Assembly (NCBI GenBank): GCA_016182185.1
Contig: JACOXU010000003.1
Span: forward strand, 123,881-187,880
Length of the DNA: 64,000 bases
Direction of reading: 5' to 3'
DNA from: Candidatus Levyibacteriota bacterium
GTDB lineage: Bacteria; Patescibacteriota; Microgenomatia; Levybacterales; UBA12049
This document shows, in pieces, positions 58,198 through 64,000 of this stretch; position 1 is the stretch's first letter; each line of letters begins with the position of its first letter. Under the pieces are notes generated by a model that was not told where the DNA came from, did no database searches, and was given only the letters and a program-made list of their open reading frames with translations. The position numbers and the translations under genes were made by a program.

Positions 58198-58557
58198 TTA
58201 TTTAACTTTTTTATATATTGAATTGAAAATTAAGTTTAGTTCTTTTGCTTCCTGCCATAATATTCTTGCTTCTTCTTTTAACTGTGGGGCAGCAACTACA
58301 ATCATTCGCAGAAAATGTTTTACTTCTCTTGCTTCTTTTTTGCAGATTCCTATTTTATGCTTAAAATCTTGTTTACTTTCTGCATCATCCGCTTCTGAGT
58401 AATTTGCGCCAATACTTGTCTCTGCTTTAACAAGCTGACTAATCAAAGGGTTGGTTATTGGGTTTTTAGAAATTGACTTACAAAAGATAATGACATTCTT
58501 TCCAAACTTTGCCGTCCTCTCTTCCAGATCGTACTTGTTATTTATTTTTTTATTCAT
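58198..58557 (-). CDS. four-helix-bundle protein (PF05635 / bAvd-like)
   Basis: 119 aa; QLVKAETSIGANYSEADDAESKQDFKHKIGICKKEAREVKHFLRMI matches 23S-rRNA-IVS/Avd family core. Confidence 0.6.
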   Translation of the reverse strand: MNKKINNKYDLEERTAKFGKNVIIFCKSISKNPITNPLISQLVKAETSIGANYSEADDAESKQDFKHKIGICKKEAREVKHFLRMIVVAAPQLKEEARILWQEAKELNLIFNSIYKKVK

Positions 58558-58606
58558 TTATTAGGTTAATTAGGTCAATTAGAAATTAGTTCAATTTGCT
58601 GGTGAG
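58558..58606. repeat. intergenic repeat array between giant gene and 4HB gene
   Basis: TTAGGTTAATTAGGTCAATTAGAAATTAGTTCAATTT. Confidence 0.5.
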
Positions 58607-61600
58607 CTACCGTTCGTCGACTATCCACCAATCAAACTTGATATCTCGACTGTAGCGTCTTTCAATCTCAACTGTGAAGCCTGAGCCGGCTGCTTTATTC
58701 GTAACCACGAGCGGCTGGCCTCCGGTAAGGCTTGTGGCAGTCACAAATATTCTGGATTTATTGGTCACGGCAGCCGTATCAACTACCACACTCGTATCTC
58801 CTGCGAGCAGGGTCCCCGAACCCAGCGAAGCCGCGTTTGACGCGGTGGTATCGATATTGACTTTCTTGGCTGTGATTTCACCTTCTGTTTTTATATTTCC
58901 ATTGGTATCAATCGTGACTTTGCCTGAGAGTATATTTATCCCACCCAAGCCATTGCTCTGAAGGTTCAAATCTCCAATACTATTTATAGATGCTCCCCCA
59001 TCTCCATTGTTAAGCGATGAGTCAAGTCCGTGAATTGACAAGAGCCCTGCTGCGATGTTACCGGTCACTCCCAGATCTGCAGTCGTCGTTCTGCCCAGCA
59101 CCATCAAGTTGCCTGATATTGTCGCGCTCTCTGCGTTGATATTGGTCAGATCAGGTAGAAGCGAAGCCGCGTTTGACGCGGTTGAGACACCCAATACTGC
59201 TCCATTCAGCATGCTCTGCAGGAAGGCAGATTCTGATGCCAGCTGATCCACTCTTTGTGAGAGACTATTGGTATTAAGCTCTAAGCCGGTTACTCTATTT
59301 TGCATATCCGCGAACAACGGATCACTACTCAAATCAAATGTCCCCGAAGATGAAGCTGACGATACGGGATCGTTACTTGGGTTGATCAGTCCCAGCAACT
59401 GGCTCGCCTCCTCCGCACTAAACTGCGCATATGGATTAGTCACGCTCCCATCTGCTGCAATTTGAATCCTCGGATCTCTCCAGGAAAGGTTTATAAATAC
59501 TGAAATTTTACCAATAATATCCGGATCTGAGTTGCTGTAGCCTTCAATAGCAATCCCTATAACCATTCCCGGCTTTGTTGCCTTCATGGCTACACCGGGC
59601 TTACTTGATGCAGTAAGAGAATCACCCGGCATTATTTCTCCATTTTCCGCAGATACTTTTACAGGAACACGACCAGAAAGAGCAACAGCGACTTCTTTTA
59701 CTGATCGGGGGTCTGTTTTCTGACCATGCCCACCAAGCAACACACCTGGTTTTTCTGAGATGACACCAAGCATTGCAGAATTTGTGGATGACTTTTGAAC
59801 AAATTCTGTTTCGTAGTCATGTTCAAAAGGATTATCAGGTGGGGTATCAGGTTTGGGCTGATAATTTAAACTTACAACGTCCCCAGCTTCTATTGAATCA
59901 TCAAGCGTCGGGAAATTTTCAGCTATATCATCAATCGTAAAGCTTGAACTAATACCATATACAGTACCTGCAGTTCTTGAAGCATCAATACAGTCGTCTG
60001 CAGTATCTAGAGAATCATCTGCGCAGATAGCTCCATAGGCTAGTATACCATTGCCGCCTATATTAGTAGTCACATTAGCTCCGGCTGCTCCGACAAGCAA
60101 ATCCCCCCCGCTTCCTCCTGTGACAGTAAATATAGTAGCCCCCGAGGCTGAGGCGGTAAAAATATCTAGACCAGATGTTTGGTTTATAACTGCTGCTGCC
60201 TTACCGCCTGATGCTCCGGAAAGATTAAGCATCGAACCAAGACCCGAGCTTGTGACGTTAAGTACGGCCCCTGTTGAAAGCCCATTACTCTGGGTAAGAG
60301 AAAGAACATTTGCAGTATCGGTACAGCCGCCAGTGGTAATACTGCAATTGGATGTCAGATTTGCCAATGAGCCAGATAGACTAACAGATCCAACTGGTAT
60401 CATAGAGACTCCATTGTCTACCCAATTGCCTGACCCCGTATTAGACCACGAATGAGTTGGATTCTCTTGCGTGCTGTCTGAATAAGCTACGGATGGATTA
60501 AGAAATCCGCCCTGTCTTTTTGTATTAACCCCCGTAGTCGTGAGTGTTCCGCTAACCGCTGAGGCTACTATATCTATTGCCGTTCTGCCCAAAGAGTTTG
60601 TGATGGCATTATTAGGCGTAGTACTAGAACCAGTTGAAGAGGTACAACCTGCAAAAGCGCTTCCTACAGTTTGATTAATGTTAAAGTAGCTGGCAGTAAT
60701 AACATAACCACGATCACTTCCACTTCCATTGGTGAAGTTTACACTTGTTGTATTAGCGCCTGAAGATGAAGAATCCCCCATTGCTATAGCAAAAATATCC
60801 GTAGCTACACTAGTGCCATTTGTAGCCTGACTACAGACTCTCGTAGCGGAACTTCCGCCGTACGTTACAGTATTAATTGTTTCAGAATTTGCATTCTGAT
60901 ATGCAATGGCTATTACCACCATACGGTTGCTTCCTGCTCCCAAAGTATGGCTGTTAGTTATTGTAGTATTAGTAAGAGTCCAACTACTTATAACAGAGGA
61001 GTCATAAACACTTGTATTTATGCTTAAATTTCGATTTAGATTTAGCAAATTACCGGAGTCAGTATTGATAGCTGTATATGTAGCGGTATGATCTCCATTG
61101 ATAAGATTGGCAGAAGTCAAATTGGCAGAAGTGGAAAGGACATTTAGGCCCTTACCCGTAGTTAGGGAATTTGCGGCGATTGAGAACGCGTCTCCTGTAG
61201 TTGCAGAAGAGGTTGCAAAGACAGACCCCCAATTATTTATAGTAAAGACTGTGCTTCCCGATTTTGATGCTGTGAAAATATCTGCATTTGGTGAAAGGTC
61301 TGTTTGATTTACTCTAAGAGCTGCGTTATTCCCGCTGATGCCGGATATGTCTAATAATCCTATTGGACTTGTATTTCCGATACCTACTCTGCCAATATTA
61401 TTTATAACAAATTTTGTAGAGCCTGAAGAAGAGGCGGATAGAATATAATCATTTGTATTAGTTCCAGTTTGGTTGAGAATCATCAAAGCGTTGTGTCCGT
61501 TGTTGCCTGATAGATCAAGGAGTCCAAGTGGGCTTGTGTTGCCGACCCCGACCCTACCAAGATTGTTGATGACAAATTTGGTAACACCAGAGGATGAGGC

Positions 61601-64000
61601 AGCCAAAACATAATCGTTGGCATTGGTACCAGTCTGGTTAAGGATCATTAAGGCGTTTTGTCCGTTATTACCAGATAGATCAAAAAGACCTAAGGGAGTC
61701 GAATTCCCAATCCCAACTTTACCGAGTTTATTTATAACGAACTTAGTTGTCCCGCTCTTTGAAGCTGTAAAGATGTCATTATTCCCTGTCTGATTGATAA
61801 TTGCAGCTGCCTTACCACCGGAGGCTCCTGAAATATTTAGCATTGGCCCAAGACCTGAGGTGGCGATGTTGAGTACCGCACCTGTCGAAAGACCATAACT
61901 CTGGTTAAGAGAAAGAAGATTTGAACTATCATTGCAAATTCCAGCTGTTACAGTACAATTAGAGGTTATTGACGCAAGGCTTCCCGTAAGATCTGCTGTG
62001 CCTACTCCGGGAACGAGTGCCACTCCTAGATGATACCAAGATAAATCAGTACCACCGGCAGTCCAGGCCATGTTGGTGCTTGCACCTGTAGCTGATTCTT
62101 CCGAATAAGCGGCTACATAGACTGTCGAGCCGTATGTTTGGTTCCATCTCTGCGTTTGATTACTTCCTCCAGGAAGTGAGAGTGTCGGGTTTATGCCTGC
62201 ATTCAGCATAGAATCTATTACAACATCCCCGCTCTGGCTTGTAACATTTAAGCTTGGGCTGGTACCCGAACCTGTTTCGGTCTGACAAGTAGCACGAAAT
62301 GGGCTTGTTTGAGAGACTCCGCTATAAGTTGTTGCTAAAGCGACCCAGGTCTCACTATTACCTAATGTTATTGATACAGTATTTGAACCCGAACTTGGAT
62401 TAAGCAAATAATACATATCTATGGCTTCTGTTCCTGGTGAAAAAGTACAGCCTGGAATCAAAGTGAGCGCTGAACCGTTATAAGTAATAGATGATATTCC
62501 AGCATTTCCTGCTCTTGATACGGTAACTATTAATATACGGTTGTCACCCGTTCCGGTAGTGTGTGAAAAATTAGCTGAACTACCTGTTTGCTCAGCCAGA
62601 GTGGTACTATTATCATAAGCAATAGTTTGAGTTGAGGTATTCAGAGTATAATTTCTACTAAGGCTTGCTAAATTTCCAGAAATATTAGCATTACTCGTAC
62701 CGGTATACGTATTGGTCTGGTTTACATTTAATCCTTTACCACTCGTCAGCGAATTTGCTACGATTGAGAAGGCGTCTGTCGAAACTGCAGAAGAAGTGGC
62801 ATAGATACCTCTATTTATAGTATCAAAATTGAGCATCGAACTTCCGGCAGCATCTGCAATCTGAAGAGCTGTTGATGAATTGGTCAAAGGCAGCCATTGC
62901 GCACCTGCGACGGAGACCAGATTTCCTCCGTTTGTAATTCTGAACTTGGTCGTTCCGCTTGTTGAGGCGGCTAGAATGTCATTCGTGCTTGCGCCGGTTT
63001 GGTTGATGATAAGAGCGGCGTTTCCTCCCTGATTTCCTCCTTGCAAATCCAGAAGCGCAGTTGGGGTGGTTGTGCCGATGCCCGCCCAGACATAATTCGC
63101 TCCAGTCCCTCCAAGAACCAGCCTATTGCTTGCTCCCACAATCGCGTTGTATCCAAGGGCTGTAGAACCGTTGATGCTGTTTGATGATGTTTGAGATAGA
63201 TATCCTATGAATGTGTTGTTGCTTCCCGAGGTGAGTGGAACACCTTGAGTGCCTGCTGAAACTCCGATGGCTGTATTGCCCGAGCCTGTAACATTTTGAA
63301 GAGCAGCGTTTCCCAACGCAGTGTTATTGGTTCCTGTATTTCCAGAGCTAAGACCTACGAAGGTGTTCGTTCCTCCGGGTGCTCTGAATAGATTATTATT
63401 GGATTGTTTTATGATAATCTCTCCGGTCGTATCTCCTCCGATAGTCAAAGTCCTTTGGGCGGTTGACTGTATACTTCCGCCTGCTCCGAGCGAGAAATTA
63501 CCGGCGATAGAAGCAGTAGGAGTACCCGAATTGATATTCAAGACTGCGAACTTTGCAGATTGGGTCGTGGTTCCACCCAGAAGAAGATCAACTGTATTGG
63601 CAAAGGCAGGAGTATAAGCTCCACTCACCAGATCCCATCTTGCGCCTGCACAGTCACTTGAAGCAGTAACTATACCATTTGAGGTAGTTACACAGGAGCC
63701 TGATACATCTGCTCCGGCTGTGCCATTGATCCTGAGCTTACTTGATCCAGCCAAGCTGATATTTATATCTCCTGTGTCTCCTCCGCCCAAGGTCAGAGTT
63801 TGTCTATTCGTAGACGTAAGACTTCCTGCTGTATCTATAGTAAATCCTGCAGCAGATGAAGCATTACCGCTGTTGGTGACTCTGAATTTAGTTGCACCGG
63901 ATGAAGAGGCGGCAAGAATATCACCGTTTGAAGTAGAATTATTGACTATAAGAGTCGCGTTGTTGCCTGCGTCTCCGGTTATTTCAAGAAATGCTTTAGG
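58607..64000 (-). CDS. giant Gly/Ser/Thr/Asn-rich repetitive surface protein (partial; N-terminus beyond window)
   Basis: ORF track 58607..63790 (1727 aa) starts at an in-frame TTG; reading frame stays open to position 64000; tandem about 57-aa repeats (NQTGTN..DY.L.ASSSG.TKFVINN.GRVG.GNTSP.GLLD), two copies of about 180-aa domain shared with 17662..20253. Confidence 0.6.
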   Translation of the reverse strand, partial: PKAFLEITGDAGNNATLIVNNSTSNGDILAASSSGATKFRVTNSGNASSAAGFTIDTAGSLTSTNRQTLTLGGGDTGDINISLAGSSKLRINGTAGADVSGSCVTTSNGIVTASSDCAGARWDLVSGAYTPAFANTVDLLLGGTTTQSAKFAVLNINSGTPTASIAGNFSLGAGGSIQSTAQRTLTIGGDTTGEIIIKQSNNNLFRAPGGTNTFVGLSSGNTGTNNTALGNAALQNVTGSGNTAIGVSAGTQGVPLTSGSNNTFIGYLSQTSSNSINGSTALGYNAIVGASNRLVLGGTGANYVWAGIGTTTPTALLDLQGGNQGGNAALIINQTGASTNDILAASTSGTTKFRITNGGNLVSVAGAQWLPLTNSSTALQIADAAGSSMLNFDTINRGIYATSSAVSTDAFSIVANSLTSGKGLNVNQTNTYTGTSNANISGNLASLSRNYTLNTSTQTIAYDNSTTLAEQTGSSANFSHTTGTGDNRILIVTVSRAGNAGISSITYNGSALTLIPGCTFSPGTEAIDMYYLLNPSSGSNTVSITLGNSETWVALATTYSGVSQTSPFRATCQTETGSGTSPSLNVTSQSGDVVIDSMLNAGINPTLSLPGGSNQTQRWNQTYGSTVYVAAYSEESATGASTNMAWTAGGTDLSWYHLGVALVPGVGTADLTGSLASITSNCTVTAGICNDSSNLLSLNQSYGLSTGAVLNIATSGLGPMLNISGASGGKAAAIINQTGNNDIFTASKSGTTKFVINKLGKVGIGNSTPLGLFDLSGNNGQNALMILNQTGTNANDYVLAASSSGVTKFVINNLGRVGVGNTSPLGLLDLSGNNGHNALMILNQTGTNTNDYILSASSSGSTKFVINNIGRVGIGNTSPIGLLDISGISGNNAALRVNQTDLSPNADIFTASKSGSTVFTINNWGSVFATSSATTGDAFSIAANSLTTGKGLNVLSTSANLTSANLINGDHTATYTAINTDSGNLLNLNRNLSINTSVYDSSVISSWTLTNTTITNSHTLGAGSNRMVVIAIAYQNANSETINTVTYGGSSATRVCSQATNGTSVATDIFAIAMGDSSSSGANTTSVNFTNGSGSDRGYVITASYFNINQTVGSAFAGCTSSTGSSTTPNNAITNSLGRTAIDIVASAVSGTLTTTGVNTKRQGGFLNPSVAYSDSTQENPTHSWSNTGSGNWVDNGVSMIPVGSVSLSGSLANLTSNCSITTGGCTDTANVLSLTQSNGLSTGAVLNVTSSGLGSMLNLSGASGGKAAAVINQTSGLDIFTASASGATIFTVTGGSGGDLLVGAAGANVTTNIGGNGILAYGAICADDSLDTADDCIDASRTAGTVYGISSSFTIDDIAENFPTLDDSIEAGDVVSLNYQPKPDTPPDNPFEHDYETEFVQKSSTNSAMLGVISEKPGVLLGGHGQKTDPRSVKEVAVALSGRVPVKVSAENGEIMPGDSLTASSKPGVAMKATKPGMVIGIAIEGYSNSDPDIIGKISVFINLSWRDPRIQIAADGSVTNPYAQFSAEEASQLLGLINPSNDPVSSASSSGTFDLSSDPLFADMQNRVTGLELNTNSLSQRVDQLASESAFLQSMLNGAVLGVSTASNAASLLPDLTNINAESATISGNLMVLGRTTTADLGVTGNIAAGLLSIHGLDSSLNNGDGGASINSIGDLNLQSNGLGGINILSGKVTIDTNGNIKTEGEITAKKVNIDTTASNAASLGSGTLLAGDTSVVVDTAAVTNKSRIFVTATSLTGGQPLVVTNKAAGSGFTVEIERRYSRDIKFDWWIVDER
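61390..61900 (-). repeat. intragenic tandem repeats, about 171-nt unit x3, inside giant gene
   Basis: units share about 80 percent identity (…CAAATTTGGTAACACCAGAGGATGAGGCAGCCAAAACATAATC… vs …CAAATTTTGTAGAGCCTGAAGAAGAGGCGGATAGAATATAATC…). Confidence 0.6.

Noticed and set aside
58674-63617. Plus-strand ORFs inside the giant gene (58674..58961, 59055..59246, 59268..59465, 60051..60455, 61098..61307, 62999..63184, 63321..63617)
   Set aside because: They are antisense to a long, continuous minus-strand reading frame with clear repeat structure. They have no start context and are products of GC-richer repetitive DNA.
57782-64000. Complete diversity-generating retroelement
   Set aside because: Avd-like genes and a large candidate target are present, but there is no reverse transcriptase and no template-repeat-sized non-coding segment in the window. 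It can only be called DGR-like or a remnant.

Overview
This 64 kb window looks like a chromosomal segment of an AT-rich, small-genome bacterium. Many features fit a Candidate Phyla Radiation/Patescibacteria-like organism, but that is inference. The supporting features are a 16S rRNA gene (minus strand, about 26888..28340) with no 23S/5S rRNA in the window and mismatches at the universal 515F site, ribosomal proteins with K/E-rich extensions (S2 C-terminus, L1 N-terminus), low-complexity inserts in ThyA and MreB, a short EF-Ts, weak SD usage, and many N-terminally membrane-anchored extracellular proteins.

Housekeeping content I can support:
- Glu/Leu/Phe/Val dehydrogenase, RseP, and rpsB-tsf-frr with no pyrH between tsf and frr.
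- A compact dCTP-to-dTDP/folate block on the minus strand: dcd, tmk, dut/dcd-like, thyA, a TrpR/YerC-like regulator, a NUDIX gene, folA and glyA.
- topA, dprA, pbp2-mreD-mreC plus mreB, def-fmt, rpmB, gpmA, galU, a PAP2 phosphatase and a GT4 glycosyltransferase.
- secE-nusG-rplK-rplA and rplJ-rplL with an L10-leader-like attenuator.
- Six tRNAs (Ile-GAT, Cys-GCA, Trp-CCA, Thr-GGT, Tyr-GTA, Thr-TGT) and an unannotated rpmG.

Accessory or unusual content:
- (a) A break in the conserved rplKAJL-rpoBC synteny directly after rplL. The break holds a cluster of direct-repeat iterons, an excisionase-family HTH gene and two tandem Avd-like four-helix-bundle (PF05635-like) genes. It also holds a giant Gly/Ser/Thr/Asn-rich repeat protein of more than 1790 aa (1727 aa called, about 70 more in-frame codons to the window edge) that runs off the window and has about 171-nt intragenic tandem repeats.
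- (b) A dockerin/cohesin-like trio of surface proteins.
- (c) Two paralogous membrane-anchored vWA (MIDAS) proteins flanking a Cys-rich secreted protein, which shares a C-terminal domain with a distant 735-aa beta-propeller-like protein.
- (d) A pervasive family of AT-rich degenerate tandem repeats (RAATTAGRAATT / GGAATTTGG-like units, about 10-11 bp apart) in most intergenic spacers, with one in-frame copy inside the dprA linker.
- (e) A 26-nt GC-rich palindromic element with exact copies inside rplL and twice inside the giant gene, plus its 17-nt palindromic core upstream of dcd.
- (f) A truncated, frameshifted tyrosine-recombinase N-terminal fragment beside the 16S promoter.
- (g) A PD-(D/E)xK-like small gene inserted in a conserved tRNA array.
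- (h) An AbrB/MazE-like mini-ORF with TTATAAY operator-like repeats, next to a leaderless unknown gene.
- (i) A divergently transcribed pair of proteins with beta-carbonic-anhydrase-like zinc motifs.

No CRISPR array and no complete diversity-generating retroelement (no RT or template repeat) is visible. Hand-derived coordinates for RNA genes and motifs may be off by 1-3 nt.
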